Shown here: positions 26,647-37,023 of the stretch, in pieces
Position numbering within the stretch: position 1 is the first letter of the stretch
How the letters are laid out: each line of letters opens with the position of its first letter
Source of the DNA: Clostridia bacterium
GTDB taxonomy: Bacteria > Bacillota > Clostridia > TANB77 > CAG-508
Reading direction: 5' to 3'
Assembly (NCBI GenBank): GCA_017456555.1
Contig: JAFTJF010000013.1
Coordinates: 31,329 to 95,328 of the forward strand
Length of the DNA: 64,000 nt
The notes under the pieces: generated by a model
The model's input: the letters and a program-made list of their open reading frames with translations, nothing else
Database searches by the model: none
Told to the model about the DNA's origin: nothing
Made by a program: the position numbers and the translations under genes

Positions 26647-28230
26647 TTGCTAATGGAAAAAGTTTTATTAAACTTTAATTTATTTTTACTATTAATTTAT
26701 TTTTATAGAATAACAAGACACGGATTACATATATTGCAACTTGAAAACTATTATTTGTCTAGATATACAAATTGGATGAAAAAGAACATAAAAAAAGTGC
26801 TAAATATAAAATCAATTGTTCTTTTACTTATTCCAGCAGTAATGATAATAGTTTCAAAATTTGTTAATGGTTTATTATTACCAGGATTAATAATTGAAAC
26901 ATTAATATTGATGTATTTAGTATTAAGTTTTAAAAAACAAAAAGAGAAAAAAGCATTTGTTGTTACAGCAAGAATAAAAAGAGTATATATAACATGTTTA
27001 GTTTTATTTGTACTTTTAGCCGTTGCAGCAAATTGTTTAGATTATAAAATTGTTTTACCAATAGCAAATGTTTGTGCTATATTTGCATATTTCTTTGTTA
27101 ATGTTGTTAATATAATCAATAAACCAATAGAAGCAAATATAAGAAACGGATTTTGCAGAAAGGCAAAAACAAAATTAAAAGAAATTCCAGGATTAAAAGT
27201 AATTGGTGTTACAGGAAGTTATGGAAAAACAAGTACAAAATATGTAGTAAACACAATACTTTCTCAAAAATATAATACTTTAATGACTCCAGAAAGTTAT
27301 AATACAACAATGGGAGTTGTTAGAACAATAAATGAAAAATTAACATCAATGCATCAATTATTTGTATGTGAGATGGGGGCTAAATATGTAGGAGATATTA
27401 AAGAAATAACAGATATAGTAAATCCTACTTATGGAATAGTAACAGCAATAGGACCTCAACATTTAGATACATTTAAAAGTTTAGATAATGTTAGAAAAGC
27501 TAAATTAGAGTTGGTTGATAGCTTACCAGATGATGGAATTGCTTTTGTAAACTGGGAAGATGAAAATATTAGAAATTCAAAAATTACTAAAAACATGGTA
27601 AAATTTGGACTTTCAAAAGATGCAGATTATTATGCAACAAATATTGATATAACAGAAAGAGGATCAACATTTGATGTTGTAATACCAGGAAAAGAACCTA
27701 TAAAAATAAAAACAAGATTACTTGGAAATTTAAATATTTTAAATATTGTTGGTGCTGTTGCAATAGCAGATAAAATGGGACTTACAGCAGATGAAATAAA
27801 AATGGGAGCTAAATATATTAGACCAGTACCACATAGATTAGAATTAAGACAAAATCCAAATGGAAGTATAATTATTGATGATGCATATAATTCAAACATA
27901 AAAGGTGCGAAAATGGCATTAGAAGTATTAAAATCTTTTGAACATAAAAAGAGAATTTTAATAACACCAGGAATTGTTGAATTAGGTGATAAACAATATG
28001 AAATAAATAAAGAATTTGGAGAAAAAGCGGCAGAGAGCTGTGATTTCATTATATTAGTAGGAGCCACTCAAGCAGTTCCAATATATAATGGAATAAAAGA
28101 AAAACACTATCCGGAATCAAAAGTTTATATTGCTAAAAACTTACAAGAAGCTTTAGCTAAAATGAATGAAATTTTAACAAGAGATAGTGTAGTTTTACTT
28201 GAAAATGATTTACCAGATAATTATCTATAA
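26647..28230 (+). CDS. murF: UDP-MurNAc-tripeptide--D-Ala-D-Ala ligase (MurF) with a ~170-aa N-terminal 4-TM extension
   Basis: Mur ligase P-loop GVTGSYGKTSTK at ~aa 190; central and C-terminal Mur ligase domains; hydrophobic N-terminal segment with 4 predicted helices. Confidence 0.75.
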   Translation: MLMEKVLLNFNLFLLLIYFYRITRHGLHILQLENYYLSRYTNWMKKNIKKVLNIKSIVLLLIPAVMIIVSKFVNGLLLPGLIIETLILMYLVLSFKKQKEKKAFVVTARIKRVYITCLVLFVLLAVAANCLDYKIVLPIANVCAIFAYFFVNVVNIINKPIEANIRNGFCRKAKTKLKEIPGLKVIGVTGSYGKTSTKYVVNTILSQKYNTLMTPESYNTTMGVVRTINEKLTSMHQLFVCEMGAKYVGDIKEITDIVNPTYGIVTAIGPQHLDTFKSLDNVRKAKLELVDSLPDDGIAFVNWEDENIRNSKITKNMVKFGLSKDADYYATNIDITERGSTFDVVIPGKEPIKIKTRLLGNLNILNIVGAVAIADKMGLTADEIKMGAKYIRPVPHRLELRQNPNGSIIIDDAYNSNIKGAKMALEVLKSFEHKKRILITPGIVELGDKQYEINKEFGEKAAESCDFIILVGATQAVPIYNGIKEKHYPESKVYIAKNLQEALAKMNEILTRDSVVLLENDLPDNYL

Positions 28231-28351
28231 ATCTAATAAAAAATATAATCGTCGATAGCAAAATTTTGTTATTAAAATAGCAAAGTATTGGTCGACGATT
28301 TAGCATATAATCATAACTAAATTATGGTTTAGACTAGAAAGGAAAATTAAA

Positions 28352-29611
28352 ATGAAAATAAAAGTTGGTGTATTTTTTGGAGGAAATTCAGTTGAACATG
28401 AAATTTCTGTAATAACTATGAATCAAGCTATTTCTAGCTTAGATCCAGAAAAATATGAGATAGTTCCTATATATATTGCTAAAAATGGAGTAATGTATAC
28501 AGGAGACGACTTATTAGATTTATATTCTTTTAGAGATATGGAAGTATTATTAAAAAGATGCTATCAAGTAGCAGTTGTGAATGATGGTAAAGGCGTAAAA
28601 GTTATGAGATGCCCAGCACCATGGATTGGAAAAAGAGTATTAAACACAATAGATGTTGCATTTCCAATAGTACATGGAACAAACTGCGAAGATGGTACAA
28701 TTGCAGGATTTGTAACACTTTTAGGAATTCCATTTGTTGGACCAGATATTTTAGCATCAAGTATAGGAATGGATAAAATTCTTCAAAAGAAAATTTTAAG
28801 ACAATCAGGAATTTCTGTTGTTGATTTTGTACCATTTTATTCAGTTGAATACATAAAAGATGAAGAAAAAATATTAAAAGAAATTGAAGAAAAATTAGAA
28901 TACCCTGTAATTGTAAAACCAGGAAACTTAGGTTCAAGTGTTGGAATTAGAAAAGCTAAAAATAAAGTTGAGCTTGAAGAAGCAATTGAATTTGCAATGG
29001 AATTCGCAGATAGAATTATTGTTGAAAAAGCAGTTGAAAACTTAAAAGAAATAAACTGTTCAGTAATAGGAAATTTAACAGAAACAGAAGCATCAATTTG
29101 TGAAGAACCATTTTTCTCGGATGAAATTTTAAGCTATACTGACAAATACATTGGAGATGGAAAAACAAAAGGTGGAACAATTGGTGGCGGAAAAGCTGGC
29201 TCTGCAAAACTTGGAGGACAAAAAGGTGGAGCAAAAGGAGGAAATACTCAATTTGCTAATAAAAAAATTCCAGCAGATATAAGCAAAGAAAAAACTGAAG
29301 AAATCCAAAAATTAGCTCAAGAAGTATTTAAAGTTTTAGGATGTAGTGGAGTTTCAAGAATAGACTTCTTAATTGATACAAAAACGGATAAAGTATATGT
29401 AAACGAAATAAATACAATTCCAGGAGCATTATCATATTATTTATGGGAAGCTACAGGAAAATCATTTGAAAAAGAACTTGATGAAATAATTGAAATAGCT
29501 ATAAAACGCCACAGAGATAAAGAAAAACTAACATTTTCTTATGATCAAAATATTCTAGCAATGCAAGGTGGAGCAAAAGGTGCTAAAGGTGGAAAAACAG
29601 GCAAAATTTAG
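28352..29611 (+). CDS. ddl: D-alanine--D-alanine ligase with a Gly/Lys-rich insertion and C-terminal tail
   Basis: N-terminal VGVFFGGNSVEHEISV motif and ATP-grasp domain; ~30-aa GGKAGSAKLGGQKGGAKGG insert at omega-loop position; GGAKGAKGGKTGKI tail. Confidence 0.8.
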   Translation: MKIKVGVFFGGNSVEHEISVITMNQAISSLDPEKYEIVPIYIAKNGVMYTGDDLLDLYSFRDMEVLLKRCYQVAVVNDGKGVKVMRCPAPWIGKRVLNTIDVAFPIVHGTNCEDGTIAGFVTLLGIPFVGPDILASSIGMDKILQKKILRQSGISVVDFVPFYSVEYIKDEEKILKEIEEKLEYPVIVKPGNLGSSVGIRKAKNKVELEEAIEFAMEFADRIIVEKAVENLKEINCSVIGNLTETEASICEEPFFSDEILSYTDKYIGDGKTKGGTIGGGKAGSAKLGGQKGGAKGGNTQFANKKIPADISKEKTEEIQKLAQEVFKVLGCSGVSRIDFLIDTKTDKVYVNEINTIPGALSYYLWEATGKSFEKELDEIIEIAIKRHRDKEKLTFSYDQNILAMQGGAKGAKGGKTGKI

Positions 29612-29699
29612 TAAGTAAAAAATAAAAAAATTACTTCACAAATAAAAGCTGAAATGATATAATCAAAATGGATTTTATAAAAGTTCGGGGGATGTTGAA

Positions 29700-30593
29700 A
29701 TGATATTTAAGGATTATTACAAAATTTTAGACTTACCAAATAATAAAGTAACTATGGCTCAAATAAAAACAGCCTATAGAGAGCAAGCTAAAAAGTATCA
29801 TCCTGATGTAAATATACAAAATAGTAAAAACGAAGAACGTTTTAAAGATATAAATGAAGCATATAGAGTTCTTTCAGACAATATAAGTAAAAGAAAATAT
29901 GACAGAATGTGGTATAGAACAATCGGAAAGAAAAATGCGTCTTATGAAGAAAGTAAAAGAAATAAAGATTCTCTTTCAAGTGATTTCTTTAATATGTTCT
30001 TCGGAAATTTAAATGATAAAGATACAACAAAAGTAAAAACAAAAAAAGCAGCTTGTAAAGGCGAAAATGTAGAAACAGAAATTGATATTTCTATAGAAGA
30101 TGCTTTTAGAGGAAAAGAACAAACGATTGGTGTAAGAACAGTAGAAGGTAAACTAAAGAAATTTAAAGTACAAGTTCCAGCCGGAATAAGAAATAATGAA
30201 AAGATAAGAATTGTTGGACAAGGTAAGCCAGGCGTTTCTGGTGGTAAACCCGGAGATTTATTTATAAAAGTAAAAATCAAAAATGATGAACGATTCACAT
30301 TAGAAGGCTATGATTTAAAAACAAACTTGTACCTAACTCCTTGGGAAGCAGCACTTAGTACAAAGGTAACAATAAATGGAATAAATGAAGATGTTTCTGT
30401 TTATGTGCCTGCTGGAATTCAAAGTGGTGAGAAAATAGAAATAGAAAATAGAGGTTACAAAGATGGAAAAGGCGGAAGAGGAAAGCTTATTTTAGATACT
30501 AAAATAATGATTCCAAAAAGGCCTAATGAAGAGGAATTAAAACTTTTCAAAGAATTTGAAAAAATGTCAAAATTTAATCCAAGAAACAGTTAA
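29700..30593 (+). CDS. J-domain protein, CbpA-like (J domain plus DnaJ C-terminal domains, no zinc finger)
   Basis: DYYKILDL...YHPD J-domain with HPD motif; C-terminal beta-sandwich DnaJ_C-like region. Confidence 0.7.
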   Translation: MIFKDYYKILDLPNNKVTMAQIKTAYREQAKKYHPDVNIQNSKNEERFKDINEAYRVLSDNISKRKYDRMWYRTIGKKNASYEESKRNKDSLSSDFFNMFFGNLNDKDTTKVKTKKAACKGENVETEIDISIEDAFRGKEQTIGVRTVEGKLKKFKVQVPAGIRNNEKIRIVGQGKPGVSGGKPGDLFIKVKIKNDERFTLEGYDLKTNLYLTPWEAALSTKVTINGINEDVSVYVPAGIQSGEKIEIENRGYKDGKGGRGKLILDTKIMIPKRPNEEELKLFKEFEKMSKFNPRNS

Positions 30594-30704
30594 CATAAAT
30601 TAAAGAAAGTGATTGACTTTTGTAAACCGTTAATATATAATTAATATGTTATAAATCAAAAGAAAAATCACATTTGTAACAAACTTTTAAAGGAGTGTAA
30701 ATAA

Positions 30705-31235
30705 ATGGTTGGAGATAATTTACAAGGAAAATATTTTAGTATTACTGATCCATCACATATGAATACAGTAATATATCAAGTAAATAAAACAGAGAGAGAA
30801 TTTGCAAAAAATGGTCCTAAATTTACAGTTGAAAGATTAGAATATTCAGAGGAATATATTGGAGATAAAAAAAGAAAAACATTTTTTGTTGAAAATCCAG
30901 CTCCAGAAGGAAATCCGCTAGTAATACTTTCTTTCGCAAAGGAAAAAGTTATAGTAAATATGGGGTATTTGGATTATGACGTCGTTAAAATTTCTAAAAA
31001 ACCAATGCCAATGAAATTCCAAACATTATACAATGAAGAAGAAATTGAATATAAAGATTTTGCGTATACTCCAAATATGCAAAGACCAATTTCTATAATA
31101 GATCCAGAAAATGGTGAGGAAATAAAACCAATATTATATTTTGACGAAGAAACAAACGAAGTAAAAGGAAAATGTAAATTAAAACCTTACAAAAAATATT
31201 TTGCGTTTGAAATTAGAGAAGATAAAAAGAAATAA
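30705..31235 (+). CDS. Hypothetical protein (176 aa)
   Basis: ORF with AAAGGAG RBS; no recognisable motifs. Confidence 0.4.
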   Translation: MVGDNLQGKYFSITDPSHMNTVIYQVNKTEREFAKNGPKFTVERLEYSEEYIGDKKRKTFFVENPAPEGNPLVILSFAKEKVIVNMGYLDYDVVKISKKPMPMKFQTLYNEEEIEYKDFAYTPNMQRPISIIDPENGEEIKPILYFDEETNEVKGKCKLKPYKKYFAFEIREDKKK

Positions 31236-31265
31236 AAGATTATTCTGAAGGAGGAATACAAATAT

Positions 31266-31652
31266 ATGGATAACAATGCTAATGCTTCAAATGGGGCGAG
31301 TATAGAACAAAGAAAAGCTGGGAAAAAGCCGTTAGGATTGAAAGATGTTAATGAACAAGAGATTGTAAAAGATATGGAAAAGTATGATGGAGTTGCAATT
31401 GATTGTGTTTTAGCAGAATTTAAAGATAATGTAAAAGGAAAAGATATGGAAGGAAGTAATTCTGAAACAACAGGATCAGATGGAACAACACAAGTAACAG
31501 AGGTTACATCAGTTGGACAAGTTGGTAGCCAACATCTAGAAGATTTGAAAAATGCTATAATGATAGGTCAAGTTGTTACAATATCTGCAAAAGGAAAAGC
31601 TAAAACAGCATCAAAAGATAAGGAAGAAACAGAGAACGAAGCTCAAAAATAA
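31266..31652 (+). CDS. Hypothetical acidic protein (128 aa)
   Basis: ORF with GAAGGAGG RBS; no recognisable motifs. Confidence 0.4.
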   Translation: MDNNANASNGASIEQRKAGKKPLGLKDVNEQEIVKDMEKYDGVAIDCVLAEFKDNVKGKDMEGSNSETTGSDGTTQVTEVTSVGQVGSQHLEDLKNAIMIGQVVTISAKGKAKTASKDKEETENEAQK

Positions 31653-31700
31653 ATTAATATTCTTGTATAGTAAATACTACTTAAGAAAAGGTGAAAGAAA

Positions 31701-33762
31701 ATGGGATTTGGTGATAAATTAAAATCAGCTATTAGAAAAATAAAAGGAAAATTAATAGTATTTGGCATACTAATTGTAGCTATTGTAATATGGTTAGTTA
31801 TGCCATTTTGTGTTGCTAAAGTAAATGCAGATATGGCAGCAGGTCACACATTTTTGCAAAACATGAATGGTTCAACCTGGTGGAGTACTTTCCTAATGGA
31901 AATGGGAAGTGGTTTATCTGCACCTTGGACAAAAATAGGAACTTGCTTTACTGAAAATTACATAGGAACATTTTTACAAGCAATGAAATGGACTCTTATT
32001 TTTTCAGGTTTAGCTGCTCTTGTAGGAGTTGCAAAAGCATTTCCAAAACATGAATATCAAGACATTGAAAATGGTTCAAGTGATTGGTGTGAAGGTGGAG
32101 AACAATATAAAGTTTTAAGCAAAAAGAACGGTATAATCTTAGCAGAGCAAAACTACTTACCAGTAGATAAACGTGGTAACGTAAACGTACTTGTTGTACG
32201 GAGGTTCTGGTGCTGGTAAATCAGCTTCTTACGTTATACCAAATGCTTTACAATTATTAGGATCTTATGTATTTACAGATCCTAAAGGAGAGCTTTATGA
32301 TAAAACAGCAGGTTACTTTAAATCAAAAGGATATGAAGTAAAAGTATTAAACTTAGTAAGACCACAAAACAGTGATGGTTATAACCCATTACATCACATA
32401 AATAATGAAATAGATGTTGACATTATCGCAAACACAATTGTTAAAGGACAAGGTGATGGTGGTAAAAGTTCAGACCCATTCTGGGATGACATGTCAGAAA
32501 TGTTAATGAAAGCATTAATCTATTACTTAAAAGCAACAAGACCTTTAGAAGAACAATCATTATCAAGTTGTTCAGAATTAGTTAGAACAGCAAACAGCAG
32601 CGGTGGAGATAACTTACTTACAAACTTAATGAATCAATTACCATTTGATCACCCAGCTAGAATGTATTATAAAAACATAGAGATGTTACCAGAAAAAACT
32701 TTTGGTTCTGTACTTGGTACATTACAATCTAAACTAGGTAAATTCGACTCAAGAGAAATTGCTGAAGTAACATCAACAAATACAATAGATTTTACAGATA
32801 TAGGAAGAAAGAAAACAGCAGTATATGTAATTTCTTCAGATACACATACAGCTTATGACTTCTTATTAACAATATTCTTCTCACAAATGATTCAACAATT
32901 ATATGACTTTGCTGATGCAAGTGGAGGAGCACTTCCTGTACCTACATATTTCATCTTGGACGAGTTTGCTAACATCGGACAAATCCCAGACTTTGATAAA
33001 AAGATATCTACATCAAGAAGTAGAAAAATTTCATTTAGTGTTATTTTACAAAACTTAGACCAATTAGAGGACGTATACGAAAAAGCTTATGAAACAATCA
33101 TAGGTAACTGCGATACTCACCTTTTCTTAGGATCTAACTCACAAAAAACAGTTGAATATTTCTCTAAAGCTCTTGGTGAAAAAACAATTACAAGAGACAA
33201 CGTTTCAGTAAATAAAGATAGAGAAGACTGGAAACAAGGTAAGAGTGAATCAGACCAAATTATGGGTAGAGCTCTTATGACACCTGATGAATTAAGAAGA
33301 ATGGATAATGACCTTTGTATTATTTATGAAAAAGGTATTAAACCAATCAAAGCAAACAAATATTACTACTTCAAATATAAAACAGGAAAAATTGTTGATA
33401 GATATAAAGTTGATCACAATGACGTTAACATAGAAAGAGGAGTATGGAGAAAATATAATCCATATAATCCATATGTTGAAGGTTCAGAAGATGGAGCAAC
33501 AGGAACTGGAGGAGGAGCTGCAAACTCTTTAGAATCATTAGATGATTTATTTGCAGATGATCCAGAAGAAGTAAATGTTGCAAGTCCTGTATCAAATACA
33601 GATGCTCAAAAAACAGCAGCTTCAAGCAGTATGGGACCAATAATGACTCCAGAAGAAAAAGCTGAAGAAGAAAAGAGACAAGCTGAACTTATAGATATTC
33701 AAAAAGAACTTGAAGCAAAATTCGATGAATTATTCGGTTCAATAGATTCAGATGATGATTAA
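31701..33762 (+). pseudogene. Type IV coupling protein (VirD4/TraG/TraD family) disrupted by a +1 frameshift near 32195
   Basis: N-terminal TM segment in frame 0 ends ...NVNVLVVRRFWCW*; Walker A YGGSGAGKS and Walker B YFILDEFANIG continue in frame +1 from 32191. Confidence 0.7.
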
Positions 33763-33770
33763 TATAAAAA

Positions 33771-33797
33771 GATGCTAATTTTTAGCATCTTTTTTTG
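33771..33797 (+). terminator. Rho-independent terminator (agatgctaa-ttttt-agcatct, then T7)
   Basis: inverted repeat plus T-run directly after T4CP stop. Confidence 0.6.
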
Positions 33798-33885
33798 TAC
33801 TTAAAATTTTAAAAATATATTATAAATTTTAATAAAAATTATTGAATTTATAAAAAATAATAAAGAATAAATGTTCGTTTTATTA

Positions 33886-33914
33886 TTGACTGAAAAATCT
33901 TATTATGATAGAAT
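33886..33914 (+). promoter_or_regulatory. Sigma-A type promoter TTGACT-17-TAGAAT
   Basis: ttgact 33886-33891, 17-nt spacer, tagaat 33909-33914, ~30 nt upstream of sbcD-like start. Confidence 0.5.
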
Positions 33915-33942
33915 TTAAAAATCAATGAAAAGGAGATAATAA

Positions 33943-35016
33943 ATGAGATTTGTACATATAGCAGATATGCATTTTGATATACCATTTACATCTTTAAATA
34001 ATAAAGAAGATTTGGGTGAAAAAAGAAGATTAGAACAAAGAAATGCATTTAAAAAAGTAATTGAATATATAAAAAAGAATCATGTAGAATATTTATTTAT
34101 TGCAGGTGATTTATATGAACACGATTATGTTAGAAAATCAACAATAGATTATATTTCAAAACTATTTGATGAAATACCAAACACAAAAATATTTATAACT
34201 CCAGGAAATCATGATCCATATATTAAAAATTCATATTATGATACTTATGAATTTGGTGAAAATGTATATATTTTTAGAAATTCTAGAATTGAAAAATATG
34301 AAGATGAGAATGTAAATATTTATGGAATGGCATTTACAGAATTTTTTATGGAAGAATCTCCTTTAGAAAAATTATCTTTGCCAGTTTCTAATAAACCAAA
34401 TGTATTAGTAGCTCATTGCGATTTAAATGGGGCAAAAGACAAAGAAGGATTTTCATACAACCCAATTCTTGAATCAAAATTAAATTCGCTAGGATTTGAT
34501 TATGTGGCTTTAGGACATATTCATAAAAATAATTTAGAAAATACAAATAAAATTTTCTATCCAGGCTCAACAATAGCACTTGGCTTTGACGAATTAGGTG
34601 AACATGGAATGATTGTTGGAGAAATCTTAAATGGAAATGTAAATATAGATTTTATAAGGTTAGATGATAGAAAATTTGAAGAAATAGAGCTTAAGGTGGA
34701 TGAGTTTTCTTCAAAAGAAGATTTAATAGATAGAATCCTAAATTTAAATTTAGACGATATGGATTTATATAAATTAATCTTAGTTGGAAATAGAAATTTT
34801 GAAATAAACACAAGAGAAATTTTAAGAGTAGTATCCAGAGAAAATGTTTTAAAAGTAAAAGATTGTACAAAAATCAATTACGACTTAGAAGAACTTTCAA
34901 AACAAAAAAATCTAAAAGGAATATTTATTAAAGAAGTTCTAGAAATGTATAATAAAGGATTATGTACTGAAGAAGAATATCAAAAGGCAATCGAAATTGG
35001 ATTAGACGCTATGTAA
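33943..35016 (+). CDS. Mre11/SbcD-family metallophosphoesterase (YhaO-like DNA repair exonuclease)
   Basis: N-terminal HIADMHFD and GDLYE / GNHD calcineurin-like phosphoesterase motifs. Confidence 0.75.
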   Translation: MRFVHIADMHFDIPFTSLNNKEDLGEKRRLEQRNAFKKVIEYIKKNHVEYLFIAGDLYEHDYVRKSTIDYISKLFDEIPNTKIFITPGNHDPYIKNSYYDTYEFGENVYIFRNSRIEKYEDENVNIYGMAFTEFFMEESPLEKLSLPVSNKPNVLVAHCDLNGAKDKEGFSYNPILESKLNSLGFDYVALGHIHKNNLENTNKIFYPGSTIALGFDELGEHGMIVGEILNGNVNIDFIRLDDRKFEEIELKVDEFSSKEDLIDRILNLNLDDMDLYKLILVGNRNFEINTREILRVVSRENVLKVKDCTKINYDLEELSKQKNLKGIFIKEVLEMYNKGLCTEEEYQKAIEIGLDAM

Positions 35017-35029
35017 GGAGAGAAAAGAA

Positions 35030-36910
35030 TTGAAAATTAATAATCTAAAAATAAATGGTTTTGGTAAGTTAAAAGATAAAGAAGTAAATTTTAAAGATGG
35101 AATAAACTTAGTGTATGGAGAAAATGAATCTGGAAAATCAAGTATGCTTAAATTTATATCAAGTATGCTATATGGAGCTTCAAAAAATAAAAACGGAAAA
35201 GATATTTCAGATTTTGATAAATTTAAACCATGGCAAACAGAAGAATTCTCAGGAAAACTAGAATATACTTTAGATAATGGTGAATCTTTTGAAGTTTATA
35301 GAGAATTTAAAAAGAAAAATCCTGTAATTTATAATTCAAAAAAAGAAGATATTTCTAAAACTTTTACAATAGATAAAACTAAAGGAATCGAATTCTTTGA
35401 AGAACAAACAGGAATAGATGAAGAAACTTTTTATAATACAGCAATAACAGAACAAGAAGGAATTAAACTTAGTAAATCTAGCCAAAACAGTATAGTTCAA
35501 AAAATAAGTAATTTAATATCTTCTGGAGATGATAATATATCTTTCAAAAAGTCTTTAGACAAAATCAATAAGAAACAAAATGAAGAAGTTGGAACAGAAA
35601 GAACATCTCAAAGACCTATTAATAATGTTGAAAATAAAATTAGAAGTTTAATAAATGAAAAAAGAAATTTAGAAACTTATAGAGAAAACATCTATGATAA
35701 TTCATTAGAAAAAGAACAATTAAAATTAGAAGAAAAAGATGAAGAAATCAAAAAAGAGTTTTTAAAAGAAATTAAAGTAAAATTAGATAATAACAGAATA
35801 AAAAGTGCAGAAATTAATTTTAACAGAAACTTAGAAAAAGAATATAATGAGAAGATTGAAGAACTAAATAAAAAGATATCTAAATCAGAAACAACAGAGC
35901 AAATACAAGAAATAAATAATAGAAACTATTACATTATAATAGCAATAATTTTAATAACCTTTGTTGTAGTAACAATTTTAAATAGTTTTAAATTAATAAA
36001 TTTTGTTGTTTTATTACCTTTAATATTTGTTTTCTACAAAATGAGTAAATCAAAAGAGAACTTGAGAGAAAAAGAGAAAAATAGAGATTTAGATAGAGAA
36101 AAAGTAATTCATGAAATAGAAGTTTTACGTGAAAATAGAGAAAATCAAAAGTTAGAAGCTGAGGAAAAACAAGAAAAATTATCTAATGAAATTGAAAAAG
36201 ACAAAAACGAACTAATAGAAAAATATACTAAATTTTTAGATTTAGGTTTTATGGAAGAAAACTTAGATAAAAACTATGATGAGATTTTAAGAGAAATTGA
36301 AAGAAAAGAAAATCGTTTAAATACAATAAAATTCAGACTACATACAATGGAAGCAAGTTCAGAAGAAATAAATAGAAAACTAGAAAACTTGGCTCAAATA
36401 GAAGAAGAACTTCAAGATGCAGAAACAGAAAAAGATGAATTACTATCTTTAAATAAATCTTATAACATAGCAAAAGAATGCTTAGAAAGAGCATATGAGC
36501 AAGTTAAAGAATCAATTAGTCCTCGTTTTACAGAAAATCTTTGTGATATAATTTCAAAGATTTCAGATGGAAGATATAAAAATGTAGTATTTAGTGATAC
36601 AGATGGTTTAAGAGTAGAAATTCAAAATGGAAATTATATACCAGCTTCTAGGCTAAGCACAGGAACAATAGATCAAATGTATATTTCATTAAGATTAAGT
36701 GCATTAAATGAAATGACAGATGAAGCAATGCCAATAATTTTAGATGAAGCTTTTGCATATTTTGATAATGACAGATTAGCAAATATATTAAAATATTTAA
36801 ATAATAATTTTAAAGAAAATCAAATAATAATATTCACATGTTCAGATAGAGAAAAAGATATTTTAAATAAACTAAATATAGAATATAATATAATAAACCT
36901 TGAAAAATAG
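35030..36910 (+). CDS. SbcC/Rad50-like ATPase (YhaN-like) with a central hydrophobic segment
   Basis: N-terminal Walker A GENESGKSS, long coiled coils, C-terminal ABC signature/D-loop region (ILDEAF); two TM-like helices around aa 300-340. Confidence 0.7.
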   Translation: MKINNLKINGFGKLKDKEVNFKDGINLVYGENESGKSSMLKFISSMLYGASKNKNGKDISDFDKFKPWQTEEFSGKLEYTLDNGESFEVYREFKKKNPVIYNSKKEDISKTFTIDKTKGIEFFEEQTGIDEETFYNTAITEQEGIKLSKSSQNSIVQKISNLISSGDDNISFKKSLDKINKKQNEEVGTERTSQRPINNVENKIRSLINEKRNLETYRENIYDNSLEKEQLKLEEKDEEIKKEFLKEIKVKLDNNRIKSAEINFNRNLEKEYNEKIEELNKKISKSETTEQIQEINNRNYYIIIAIILITFVVVTILNSFKLINFVVLLPLIFVFYKMSKSKENLREKEKNRDLDREKVIHEIEVLRENRENQKLEAEEKQEKLSNEIEKDKNELIEKYTKFLDLGFMEENLDKNYDEILREIERKENRLNTIKFRLHTMEASSEEINRKLENLAQIEEELQDAETEKDELLSLNKSYNIAKECLERAYEQVKESISPRFTENLCDIISKISDGRYKNVVFSDTDGLRVEIQNGNYIPASRLSTGTIDQMYISLRLSALNEMTDEAMPIILDEAFAYFDNDRLANILKYLNNNFKENQIIIFTCSDREKDILNKLNIEYNIINLEK

Positions 36911-37023
36911 GTAAAAATAGGTTATAATATTATGTGCGTGAAATTTAAAATAACAATATAAAAATAAAATATAAATTTAATCACGAAATTGTAAGTGATA
37001 AAAAGTAAAAGGAAGAGGTTTTT

